64,000 bases of DNA from positions 273,730,001-273,794,000 of the forward strand of contig NC_091981.1 in NCBI RefSeq assembly GCF_044704955.1, written 5' to 3'. The stretch is from Pristiophorus japonicus. Its lineage: Eukaryota. Of the stretch, positions 12,412-25,207 are shown piece after piece (the stretch's first letter is position 1; the number at the start of each line of letters is the position of its first letter). Below the pieces are notes generated by a model that saw only the letters and a program-made list of their open reading frames with translations, ran no database searches and was not told the origin of the DNA. The position numbers and the translations under genes were made by a program.

Positions 12412-14303
12412 AAATAAAATATAGAAAATGCTGCAAGCATTCATCTGTGGAGGGAGAAATAAAGTTAACGTTTCTGGTCGATGAACTTTCATTCCGATGA
12501 AAGGTCAGCTCCATTAAAATACTCCATTTTAAACATGACTTTTATTTTTAACTCATGTCAGCCGGGTTTCCCTGTACTCGGAAATACCGTCAGGTAACAG
12601 GAGAAAGGCCAGATCCATGAGGTCAGTGCCTTTGTAGCACAGCTTGTGGGGCAGGGAGACCAAAGGTGTTTCCTCCAGGCCCAACAAGCTAACGTCTTTA
12701 CAGAACACCCCTCCCCGATCTCCGACTACCCCCATCGCCCCGCAGTCTCCGAATCCCCGCACTGTCGGCGGTCACCAACTCCACCCAACCCCAGCGATCT
12801 CCGACTCCCCCACCCCAGCTAACTCCTTTACAGACCCCTCCGCCCCCTGCCGATCTCTGACTCCCCCCACCCCAGCGATCTTCGACTCCCCCCAACCCCA
12901 GTGATCTTCGACTCCCCCCAACCCCAGCGATCTCCGACTCCCCCGCCCCAGCTAACCCCTTAACAGACCCCTCCGATCTCCGACTCCCCCCAACCCCAGC
13001 GATCTTCGACTCCCCCCAACCCCAGCAATCTTCGACTCCCCCACCCCAGCTAACCCCTTAACAGACCCCTCCGCCCCCCGCCGATCTCTGACTCCCCCAA
13101 CCCCAGCGATCTCCGACTCCCCCCAACCCCAGCGATCTCCGACTCCCCTGCCCCAGCTAACCCCTTAACAGACCCCTCCGATCTCTGACTCCCCCCACCC
13201 CAGCGATCTTCGACTCCCCCGCCCCAGTGATCTTCGACTCCCCCCACCCCAGCGATCTTCGACTCCCCCCAACCCCAGCAATCTCTGACTCCCCCACCCC
13301 AGCTAACTCCTTTACAGACCCCTCCGCCCCCTGCCGATCTCTGACTCCCCCCACCCCAGTGATCTTCGACTCCCCCCAACCCCAGCGATCTCCGACTCCC
13401 CCGCCCCAGCTAACCCCTTAACAGACCCCTCCGATCTCTGACTCCCCCCACCCCAGTGATCTCCGACTCCCCCCAACCCCAGCGATCTCCGACTCCCCCG
13501 CCCCAGCTAACCCCTTAACAGACCCCTCCGATCTCTGACTCCCCCCACCCCAGTGATCTCCGACTCCCCCCAACCCCAGCGATCTCCGACTCCCCCGCCC
13601 CAGCTAACCCCTTAACAGACCCCTCCGATCTCTGACTCCCCCCACCCCAGTGATCTCCGACTCCCCCCAACCCCAGCGATCTTTGACTCCCCCACCCCAG
13701 CTAACCCCTTTACAGACCCTTCCCCTCCCGCCAATCTCTGACTCTCCCCAACCCCAGCGATTTTGGACTCCCCCACCCCAGCTAACCTCTTTACAGACCC
13801 CTACTTCCACCCCCCTCCCCTCGATCTCTGACTCCCTCCAACCCCAGCAATCTTGGATTCCCCCCCCACCCCAGCTAACTTCTATACAGACCCCTCCTCC
13901 CCTGATCTCTGATGCTCCCCAACCCCAACGATCTTCAACTCCTCCCAACCCAGCTAACCCCTTTACAGACCCCCTATCTCCAACTCCCCCCAAACCCCCC
14001 CATCATTCTTCGACTCCCCCATTCCCCCATGATCTCTGACTTCCCCAACCTCCGCCCTCCCCCACCCCCCACCCCGCAATCTCCTGCCCCACCCCTCACC
14101 ACCGCAGCCCATCTCCCGATCTCCGACATCCCCCATCCGAAAATCGTCCTCCCCCACCCTGCTCTCTTCACTGCCCTGAGTAAATATCAGGACCATTAAC
14201 TCGGTTTCACCTCGCCACAGAAGCTGCCTGACCCGCTGAATGTTTCCAGCATTTTCTGTTTTTCATTCAGATTTCCAGCTTCCACAGTAATTTGCTTTTA
14301 TTT
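12412..14303. mobile_element. Inverted-repeat (Penelope pLTR-like) element split by a ~1.7 kb insertion
   Basis: Left arm 12412-12507 (gaaaatgctg...atctgtggagggagaaa...gttaacgtttc) is reverse-complementary to right arm 14197-14303. Confidence 0.6.
12700..14160. repeat. C-rich composite minisatellite
   Basis: Units GATCTCCGACTCCCCCCAACCCCAGC (~26 bp) interspersed with TAACCCCTTAACAGACCCCTCC. Confidence 0.95.
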
Positions 14304-14734
14304 TATGTCTGCAGTGGTTTCATTGCTCATTCCCAACTGATTAATGGCACATAAACTGCACTGAAGATCACATTTAGGCAATAATGATAATAGGACCACC
14401 ACTACGTGAATGTGATTCCTTCCACATATTTCTTTCAGTAGAAACCTAGCTGATTTGAGCTGTTGCTGCGACTGTGACCATTCAGCAGAAGGCTAGTCAG
14501 AATTACAGCGACTCTAGGCCTTGTACACGGTAACACTACTTCATTTCATTCCAATGGGCCCCTGCTTGTTTTTATAGCAACAGCGTTAAAAATTGAATAC
14601 AACTATTATCTGGATAAGTTAACTACGCAAACACGGCAGGTGATTGGGTGGGGGTGAGAGGGCACAGGTTTGTCAGCTTCACATCACTCAGTTCACAATC
14701 ACTGCATTTTGAGCTAGGAGGTGTCAAGCAGAGT

Positions 14735-15855
14735 CGACTTGAAGGAATTTCCAGTGGGGTTCCGCAGGGATCAGTGCCAAGTCCCTTGCTTTTTGTGGTA
14801 TATCTCAATGATCTGGACTTGAATCTAGTGGGTGTGATTAAGAAGTTTGCAGATGATGCTAAAGTCGACTGTATAGTTGATAATGAAAAAGAAAGCTGGA
14901 GACTGCTGGAGGATATCAATGAACTGGTCAGGTGGGCAGAACAGCGGCAAATGGAATTCAATCTGGAGAAGTGTGAGGTAATGCATATGGGGAGGGCTAA
15001 CAAGGCAAGAGAATACACATCAAATGGTAGGACACTGAGAAGTGTAGAGGAACAAATAGACCTTGGAGTGCAGGTCCACAGATCCTTGAAGGTAGCAGGT
15101 CAGGTAGATAAGGTGGTGAAGAAGCCATATGGAATACTTGCCTTTATTTGTCGAGGCACAGAATACAAGAGCAGGGAGGTTATGCTTCAACTCTATAAAA
15201 CACTGGTTAGGGCACAGCTGGAGTACTGCGTGCAGTTCTGGTCATTTCATTACAGGAAAGATGTGTTTGCACTGGAGAAGGTACAGAGGAGATTTATGGC
15301 ATGGAAGGAGGCCATTTCGGCCCATCGTATCCGTGCTGGCCAAGAAACAGCTGTCCAGCCTAATCCCATTTTGGTCCGCAGCTGTGCAGGTTACAGCACT
15401 TCAAGTGCACATCCAAGCACCCCTTAAATGTGATGAGAGTTTACACTAGAGAGGGTACAGAGGATGTTGCCTAGTCTGGAACATTTTAGCTATGGGTTTG
15501 TTTTCCTTGGAAAAAGGAGGCTGAGGGGTGACCTTATTGAGGTGTATAAAATTATGAGAAGCTGAGATAGAGTGGATAAGAAGGACTTATTTCCCTTGGC
15601 AGAGGGGTCAACATCCAGGTGTCATCGATTTAAAGAGGTTTAGAGGAGATATGAGGGTGGTGGGGGTCTGGAACTCATTGCCTAGCAGAAACCCTCATCA
15701 CATTTAAGGGGTGTTTGGATGTGCACTTGAAGTGCTGTAACCTGCACAGCTACGGACCAAAATGGTATTAGGCTGGACAGCTGTTTGTTGGCCAGCACAG
15801 ACACGATGGGCTGAAATGGCCTCCTTCCATGCCGTAAATTTCTACGATTCGACGA
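14735..15855 (+). mobile_element. CR1 LINE (family B) 3' portion containing an internal inverted duplicate of its own 3' end
   Basis: RT motifs GVPQGSV, KFADD, LEYCVQFWS; tail taaatttctacgattc; inverted arm 15292-15442. Confidence 0.9.
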
Positions 15856-16910
15856 TAAAGATCAGCTGAATGATCGGACTGAATGATGGAACAGGCTCGA
15901 GGGGCCGAATGGCCTGCTCCTGTTTTATGAGAAGATAAGAACAAAATGATTGGATGGGACTGTTGCTAGAGTGATGTCGTCCACCTCCTGGGGCCAAAGA
16001 AGGAGCATTGACAAGGGTACGAGAGTAGGCTACATATCTAATTTCTCAATGTGTGTCCGGGCAGACTGGAGATAATGCTCGAACACTTTTCCAAGGGAAA
16101 ATTAAACACATTAAGATGATAGCAGATGAAATGATATACAAACTGACCCCACACCTTCAAGTGTTTGGCTGGCCCATTTCAGAGCAGTGCAATGAAGGTA
16201 GAACAGCCCAATCAGACTGTGCACCAATAAATAGGGACAATAGGAAATACTGCACATAAATATCATACCTGTACGCCAACAAATTTTTCAAATGCCCCAA
16301 TCATGCCTGGACTGAGCAATACACACAAACACACACACTTTCTTTAGCAGTTCACCGTGTTACAAAATGCATTGTTCCCAAACCATATTTTGGCAATTAA
16401 AATCAAGGAAAACCCAAAGATGGTTTATAAATACATTAAGAGCAAGAGGATAATTAAAGAAAGAGTAGGGCCTATATGTGTGGATGCGGAAGACGTGGGT
16501 ATGGTTCTCAATGAATAATTTGCCTCTGTTTTCACAAAAGAGAGTGGCGATGCAGAAATTGCAATCAGGGAGGAGAATTGTGAAATATTAGATGAAATAA
16601 ACATAGTGAGAGAGGAAGTGTTACGGGGTTAACAGCTTTGAAAGTGGATAAATCCCCAGGCCTGGATGAAATGTATCCCAGGCTGTTAAGAGAAGCAAAA
16701 GAGGAAATAGCAGAGGCTTTGACCAGCATTTTCCAGTCGTCTCTGGCTCCAGGTGTGGTGCCTTTGTTTAAAATGGGAGGCAGAGATAAACCAAGTAATT
16801 AAAGGCCAGTCAGCCTAACCTCGGTGGTGGGAAAATTTGTGGAAGAATTATGAGGGACAGGATAAATTTTCATTTAGAAAGGCACAGATTAATCAAGGAT
16901 TTATTAAGGG

Positions 16911-19756
16911 AGTTATCTTGGTGCATATAGGTTCCAACGATACAGGTAAAAAACAGGATGAGGTCCTACAAGTTGAATTTAGGGAGCTAGAAGTTAAATT
17001 AAAAAGCAGGACCTCAAAGGTAGTAATCTTAGGATTGCTACCAGTGTCATGTGCTAGTCAGAGTAGGAATTGCAGGATAGCTAAGATGAATACGTGGCTT
17101 GAGGAGTGGTGCAGGAGGGAGGGATTCAAATTCCTGGGACATTGGAACCGGTTCTGGGGGAGGTGGGACCAGTACACACCAGACGGTCTGCACCTGGGCA
17201 GGACCGGAACCAATGTCCTAGAAGGAGTGTTTACCAGTGCTGTTGGGGAGGGGTTAAACTAATATGGCAGGGGGATGGGAACCTATGCAGGGAGACACAG
17301 GGAAGTAAAATGGGGGCAGAAGCAAAAGATAGAAAGAAGAAAAGTAAAAGTGGAGGGCAGAGAAACACGAGGCAAAAATCAAAAAGGGCCACATTGCAAC
17401 AAAAGTCTAAAGGGACAAAGTGTGTTAAAAAGACAAGCCTGAAGGCTCCGTGCATCAATGCAAGGAGTATTCTTAATAAGGTGGACAAATTAACGAAGAT
17501 ATAATTGGGATTACGGAGACATGGCTCCAGGGTGACCAAGGCTGGGAACTCAACAGCCAGGGGTATTCAACATTCAGGAAGGATAGACAGAAAGGAAAAG
17601 GAGATGGGATAGCATTGCTGGTTAGAGAAGAAATTAACACAATAAGGAACGACATTAGCTTGGATGATGTGGAATCTGTATGGGTAGAGCAGCGGAATAT
17701 CAAAGGGCAGAAAACGCAAGTGGGAGTTGTGTACAGACCACCAAACAGTAATAGTGAGGTTGGGGACAGCATCAAACAAGAAATTAGGGATGCGTACAAT
17801 AAAGGTACAGCAGTTATCATGGGCGACTTTAATCTATATATAGATTGGGCTAACCAAACTGGTAGCAGTACTGGTAGCAATGACTGGGTTGGTTCTTTCT
17901 ATAGTTGAGTCATTGCTTATTTTTAAATTAATATAATGTAGTTTAATGTAATGTAGGAGGAGGATTTCCTGAAGTGTATTAGGGATGGTTTTCTAGACCA
18001 ATCTGTCGAGGAACCAACTAGAGGGCTGCCCATCCTCGACTGGGTGATGTGTAACGAGAAAGGACTAATTAGCAATCTTGTTGTGTGAGGCCCTTTGGGG
18101 AAGAGTGACCATAATATGGTAGAATTCTTTATTAAGATGGAGTGTGACACAGTTAATTCAGAAACTAGGGTCCTGAACATAAGTAAAGGTAACTTCGATG
18201 GTATGAGACATGAATTGGCTAGAATAGACTGGCGAATGATACTTAAAGGGTTGACGGTATAAAGACAATGGCAAACATTTAAAGAGCACATGGATGAACT
18301 TTAACAATTGTACATCCCTGTTTGGAGTAAAAATAAAACGGGGAAGGTGGCTCAACCGTGGCTAACAAGGGAAATTAGGGATAGTGTTAAATCCAAGGAA
18401 GAGGCATATAAATTGGCCAGAAAAAGCAACAAACCTGAGGACTGGGAGAAATTTAGAATTCAGCAGAGGAGGAAAAAGGGTTTATTTAGGAGGGGGAAAA
18501 TAGAGTATAAAAGGAAGCTTGCTGGGAACATAAAAACTGACTGCAAAAGCTTCTATAGCTATGTGAAGAGAAAAAGATGAGTGAAGACAAACATAGGTCC
18601 CTTGCAGTCAGAATCAGGTGAATTTATAATGGGGAACAGAGAAATGGCAGACCAATTGAACAAATACTTTGGTTCTGCCTTCACAAAGGAAGACACGAAT
18701 AACCTCCCGAGAATAGTAGGGGACCGAGGGTCTAGCGAGAAGGAGGAACTGAAGGAAATCCTTATTAGTCAGGAAATTGTGTTAGGAAATTGATGGGATT
18801 GAAGGCCGATAAATCCCCAGGACCTGATAGTCTGCATCCCAGAGTACTTAAGGAAGTGGCCCTAGAAATAGTGGATGCATTGGTGATCATTTTCCAACAG
18901 TCTATCAACTCTGGATCAGTTCCTATGGACTGGAGGGTAGCTAATGTAACACCACTTTTTAAAAAAGGAGGGAGAGAGGAAACGGGGAATTATAGATCAG
19001 TTAGCCTAACATCAGTAGTGGGGAAAATGTTGTAATCAATTATTAAAGATGAAATAGTAGCACATTTGGAAAGCAGTGACAGAATCGGTCCAAGTCAGCA
19101 TGAATTTATGAAAGGGAAATCATGCTTGACAAATCTTCTAGAATTTTTTGAGGATGTAACTAGTAGAGTGGACAAGGGAGAACCAGTGGATGTGGTGTAA
19201 TTGGACTTTCAAAAAGCTTTTGACAATGTCCCACACAAGAGATTGGTGTGCAAAATTAAAGCACATGGTATTGGGGGTAATGTATTGACGTGGATAGAGA
19301 ACTGGTTGGCAGACAGGAATCAGAGAGTAGGGATAAATGGATCCTTTTCAGAATGGCAGGCAGTGACTAGTGGGGTGCCGCAGGGCTCAGTGCTGGGACC
19401 CCAGCTATTTACAATATACATCAATGATTTAGATGAAGGAATTGAGAGTAATATCTCCAATTTTGCAATGACACTAAGCTAGGTGGCGGTGTGAGCTGTG
19501 AGGAGGATGCTAAGAGGCTGCATGGTGACTTGGACAGGTTAGGTGAGTCGGCAAATGCATGGGAGATGCAGTATAATGTGGATAAATGTGAGGTTATCCA
19601 CTTTGGTGGCAAAAACACGAAGGCAGAATATTATCTGAATGGCGGCAGATTAGGAAATGGGTAGGTGCAACGAGACCTGGGTGTCATGGTACATCAGTCA
19701 TTGAAAGTTGGCTTGCACGTATAGCAGGTGGTGAAAAGGCAACTAGCATGTTGGCT
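16911..19756 (+). mobile_element. CR1-A2 internal segment (ORF1 esterase end, EN, RT), lacking the 3' end
   Basis: VILVHIGSND...DGLHL (SGNH esterase blocks), EN and RT motifs with stops/frameshifts; ends at atgttggc. Confidence 0.9.
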
Positions 19757-20257
19757 CAGAGGCAGGACGCAAAAGGTAATGGTCGATGGGGGATTTTGTG
19801 ACTGAAAGGCAGTTTGCAGTGGAGTTCCACACAGCTCAGTATAAGATCCCTTGCTTTGTGTGGTATCTATCAATGAATTAGACTTGAATGTAGGAGGTCT
19901 GATTAAGAAGTTTGGAGATGATTCTAAAATCGGCTGCGTGGTTTATAATGAAGAAGAAAGCTTCAGACTGCAGGGAGATATCAATGAACTGGTCAGGTGG
20001 GCAGAACAGTGGCAAACGGAATTCATTCCGGAGAAGTGTGAGGTAATGCATTTGGGGAGGGCTAACAAGGAAAAGGAATACACATTAAATGGTGGGACAC
20101 TGAGAAGTGTAGCAGAACAAAGGGACCTTGGCGTGCAGTTCCATAGATCCCCGAAAGCAGCAGGCTGGGTAGATAGCATGGTTAAGAAGGCACATGGAAT
20201 ACTTGCCTTTATTAGCCGATGCATAGAATACAAGAGCATGGAGATTTTTCTTCATGA

Positions 20258-22072
20258 AAACATAGAAACATAGAAAATAGGTGCAGGAGTAGGCCATTCA
20301 GCCCTTCGGGCCTGCACCGCCTTTCAATAAGATCATGGCTGATCAATCCCTTAGTACCCCTTTCCTGCTTTCTCCCCATACCCCTTGATTCCCTTAGCCG
20401 TAAGGGCCATATCTAACTCCCTCTTGAATATATCCAATGAACTGCCATCAACAACTCTCTGCGGCAGGAAATTCCATAGGTTAACAACTCTCTGAATGAA
20501 GAAGTTTCTCCTCATCTCAGTCCTAAATGGTCTACCCCTTATCCTAAGACTATGTCCCCGGGTTCTGGACTTCCCCAACATCGGGAACATTCTTCCCGAA
20601 TCTAACCTTTCCAGTCCCGACAGAATCTTATACGTTTCTATGAGATCCCCTCTCATCCTTCTAAACTCCAGTGAATAAAGGCCCAGTTGATCCAGTCTCT
20701 CCTCATATGACAGTCCAGCCATCCCTGGAATCAGTCTGATGAACCTTCGCTGCACTCCCTCAATAGCAAGAATGTCCTTCCTCAGATTAGGAGACCAAAA
20801 CTGAACACAATATTCCAGGTGAGGCCTCACTAAGGCACTGTAGAACTGCAGTAAGACCTCCCTGCTCCTATACTCAAATCCCCTAGCTATGAAGGCCAAC
20901 ATACCATTTGCCTTCTTCACCGCCTGCTGTACCTGCATGCCCACTTTCAGTGACTGATGAACCATGACACCCAGGTCTCATTGCACCTCCCCTTTTCCTA
21001 ATCTGCCGCCATTCAGATAATATTCTGCCTTCGTGTTTATGCCCCCAAAATGGATAACCTCACATTTATCCACATTATACTGCATCTGCCATGCATTTGC
21101 CCACTCACCTAACCTTTCCAAGTCACCATGCAGCCTCTTAGCGTCCTCCTCACAGCTCACACCGCCACCCAGTTTAGTGTCATCCGCAAACTTGGAGATA
21201 TTACACTCAATTTTTTCATCAAAATCGCTATTATATATATTAAATAGCTGGGGTCCCAGCACTGAGCCCTGCGGCACCCCACTAGTCACTGCCTGCCATT
21301 CTGAAAAGGATCCGTTTATCCCAACTCTCTGCTTCCTGTCTGCCAACCAGTTCTCTATCCACATCAGTACATTACCCCCAATACCATGCGCTTTGATTTT
21401 GCACACCAATCTCTTGTGTGGGACCTTGTCAAAAGCCTTTTGAAAGTCCAAATACACCACATCCACTGGTTCTCCCTTGTCCACTCTGCTAGTTACATCC
21501 TCAAAAAATTCCAGAAGATTCGTCAAGCATGATTTCCCTTTCATAAATCCATGCTGACTTGGTCCGATCCTGTCACTGCTTTCCAAATACGCTGCTATTT
21601 CATCCTTAATGATTGATTCCAACATTTTCCCCACTACTGATGTTAGGCTAACCGGTCTATAATTACCCATTTTCTCTCTCTCTCATTTTTAAAAAAGTGA
21701 TGTTACATTAGCTACCCTTCAGTCCATAGGAACTGATCCAGAGTCGATAAGACTGTTGGAAAATGATCACCAATGCATCCACTATTTCTAGGGCCACTTC
21801 CTCAAGAACTCTAGGATGCAGACTATCAGGCCCCGGGGATTTATCAGCCTTCAATTCCATCAATTTCCCTAACACAATTTCCCGCCTAATAAGGATATTC
21901 TTCAGTTCCTCCTTCTCACTAGACCCACTGTCCCCTAGTACGTTTGGAAGGTTATTTGTGTATTCCTTCGTGAAGACAGAACCTAAGTATTTTTTCAATT
22001 GGTCTGCCATTTCTTTGTTCCCCATTATAAATTCACCTGAATCTGACTGCAAGGGACCTACGTTTGTCTTCA
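20258..22072 (-). mobile_element. CR1-A2, 5'-truncated, nested in CR1-B
   Basis: RT ORFs 20978..21670 and 20351..20965; catagaaa tail. Confidence 0.95.
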
Positions 22073-22562
22073 ACTCTGTAAAACACTAGTTAGGCCACAG
22101 CTAGAGTACTGCGTGCAGTTCTGGTCACCATATTACAGGAAAGACGTGATTGCAATAGAGAGGGTAGAGAGAAGATTTACGATGATGTTGCCTGGACTGG
22201 AGAATTTTAGTTGTGAGGAAAGATTGGATAGGCTGGGTTTGTTTTCTTTGGAACAGAGGAGGCTGACTGAAGACCTTATTGAAGTGTATAAAATTATGAG
22301 GGGCCTAGATAAAGTGAATAGGATGGACCTATAATCCCTTAGCAGAGGGGTCAACAAACAGGGGTCATAGATTTAAAGTAATTGGTTGGAAGTTTATAGG
22401 GGATTTGAACGGAAATTTCTTCATCCAGAAGATGGTGGGGTCTGGAACTCACTGCCTGAAAGGGTGGCGGGAGCAGTAACCCTCACCACATTTAAAATAC
22501 TTGGATAAGCACTTGAAGTGTCGTAACCTACAGGGCTACAGACCAAGAGCTGGAAGAAATAA

Positions 22563-23528
22563 AGAAACATAGAAAATAGGTGCAGGAGTAGGCCATTCGG
22601 CCCTTCGAGCCTGCACCACCATTCAATATGATCATGGCTGATCATCCACCTCAATACCCCTTTCCTGCTTTCTCTCCATACCCCTTGATCCCTTTAGCCA
22701 CAAGAGCCATATCTAACTCCCTCTTGAATATATCCAATGAAGTGGCATCAACAACTCTCTGCGGTAGGGAATTCCACAGGTTAACAACTCTCTGAGTGAA
22801 GAAGTTTCTCCTCATCTCAGTCCTAAATGGCTTACCCCTTATCCTTAAACTGTGTCCCCTGGTTCTAGACTTCCACAACATCGGAAACATTCTTCCTGCA
22901 TATAACCTGTCCAGTCCGTCAGAATTTTATATGTTTCTATGAGATCCCCTCTCATCCTTCTAAACTCCAGTGAATAAAGGCCCAGTCGATCCATTCTCTC
23001 CTCATATGTCAATCCAGCCATCCCTGGAATCAGTCTGGTGAACCTTCGCTGCACTCCCTCAATAGCAAGACAGTCATTCATCAGATTAGGAAACAATAAT
23101 TGAACACAATATTCCTGGTGAGGCCTCACCAAGGCTCTGTACAACTGCAGTAAGACCTCCCTGCTCCTATACTCAAATCCCCTAGCTATGAAGGCCAACA
23201 TAACATTTGTCTTCCTCACCGCCTGCTGTACCTGCATGCCAACTTTCAATGACTGCTGTACCATGACACCCAGGTCTCGTTGCACCTCCCCTTTTCCTAA
23301 TCTGCCACCATTCAGATAATATTCTGCCTTTGTGTTTTTGCCCCCAAAGTGGATAACCTCACATTTATCCACATTATACTGCATCTGCCATGATTTGCCC
23401 ATTCACCTAACCTGTCCAAGTCACTCTGCAGCCTCTTAGCGTCCTCCTCACAGCTCACACTGCCACCCAGTTTAGTATCATCTGCAAACTTGGAGATATT
23501 ACACTCAATTCCTTCATCCAAATCATTT
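22563..23528 (-). mobile_element. CR1-A2, 5'-truncated, nested in the CR1-B 3' UTR
   Basis: KFADDTKLGG through ORF2 end; catagaaa tail. Confidence 0.93.
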
Positions 23529-24842
23529 GGATGGTGGGATTTGGCTGGATAGTACTTTGTTGGCTGGCGCGGACATGATGGGCCAAAATGGCCTCCTTCC
23601 ACGCTGTAAATTTCTATGATTCTCTGAACAGAACTTTATCCACCAGTTTTGGATAATCCATGCTTGTAAAGATGTGCTCCACACAGGCACACGGACGTAC
23701 CATGATTTGGAAGCTTGTGCAGATACTGTAATACCATATAGCAGTGGGTGGGAACAACAGTAACTGTGCAGTATAGTCCTGAAAGAAGGATTTAAAACTT
23801 AAGCTTCCCTGCATAACACGGCATGAAAATGAATCAGTTCCAGAGATTTATGTGCATGCAATGGGTTTATGGGTGGGGGTTGGGTGTGGTGAAGAGGGAA
23901 ATCCAATAAAGTAGAATGCTGATAAATGAGACCTGTTCCATTTCTTTATTACATCTCTTAAAAAAGGGTAAAAATTGATAAAAAAATAATAAACCAATAT
24001 TATCATACAGCAGGAAATGAATGAATTAAGAGGGATTTTATAGCTGTGTAACTGATTAATGTATTTTTGATATTAAGTGTGATTAATATACGCACAGGAT
24101 TATGCGCCAAGGAACAGCATGTCTTGCTCAGTAACTAAATTGGTAAGAGATTGCAACAAAATTCAATCCATTAATCACAGTATCCCAAGCCGACATAAAC
24201 GAGCCTTCTCATCCTGTGACTCAAGCGTTGATAAAATGCCTCAACAGAAGTGAAGACACCGAGTGGTTTCTATCACCCGTCAATCAAACCCTCATTGACA
24301 GTACCAAAGAACAGTTTATAACTCCTCTCGAGAATGATCAAAGGTCTCGTATATCGGCAGTGAGGTAATCATCAGATGACTTGGCTGAATTCTAGTTCAC
24401 TGAGGGTGGTCTACAGGAGCTTTCATATTTGCGCTTTTAACCTGGAAAATTTGCAATTTGTCCAGCTTACTTCGAGAAAACCACAGCCTTCATCTCCACC
24501 CCACACACCCTGCTCATCTGGTGAAGAGGAGTTCTCTTTGCAATGCAAGATGGCATTCAAACAGCTTTATGAAGGGCAGCTAAAATATTAACAGTTCCTG
24601 TTAACTTTGAGTAGATTGTTTTCTCCTGAATACATTAGTTTAATGCTTTGAGTATTGAAGATAGTTTGCTCCTTTCAAAGTAGGCAGTCTGTAACATACC
24701 AATAACACAAATGATTTTCTCCAGCTATCAGTTCCTGCCTGAAAAGGCAACGCACCAAATCGCTCCCAGAATTCTGTTCTGTAACCAGCCATAAAACGTC
24801 TCATCCGAAAGCTGTTGGATTAAAACCCGTCTGTTTCACTTA

Positions 24843-25207
24843 AGAAAGAACGACTTGCATTTATATAATGCCTTTCATGAGCTCAGGACTTCCCAAAGTG
24901 CATTACAGCCAGTAAAGTACTATTTGAAGTGTAATATGGGAAACACGGCAGCCAATTTAGACATAGCAAGCTCCCACAAACAGCAATGGGATAATGATCA
25001 GATAATCTGTTTTGTTGTTGTTGGTTGCTGGATAAATATTGACCAAGAGACCTGAGAGAACTCCCCTGCTCTTCTTTGAATTATTGCCATGGGAACTTTT
25101 ATGTCCACCCAAGAGGGGCAGGCTTAGGTTTAAAGTCTCATCTGGCAGACGGCACCTCCAATAGTGCAGCATTCCCTCAGTACTGCACTAGAGTTTCAGC
25201 CTAGATC
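24843..25207 (-). mobile_element. SINE (SacSINE1/DeuSINE-like)
   Basis: Homologous to 11101-11481 and 62248-62705. Confidence 0.85.

Larger units (their letters stand above)
16393..23622 (+). mobile_element. CR1 family B element fragmented by three nested CR1-A insertions
   Basis: Colinear pieces 16393-16910, 19757-20254, 22067-22556 and 23529-23622 reconstruct one ORF2 plus 3' UTR and tail. Confidence 0.85.

Noticed and set aside
12553-14199. Many Pro/Gly-rich ORFs
   Set aside because: Artefacts of a stop-poor minisatellite
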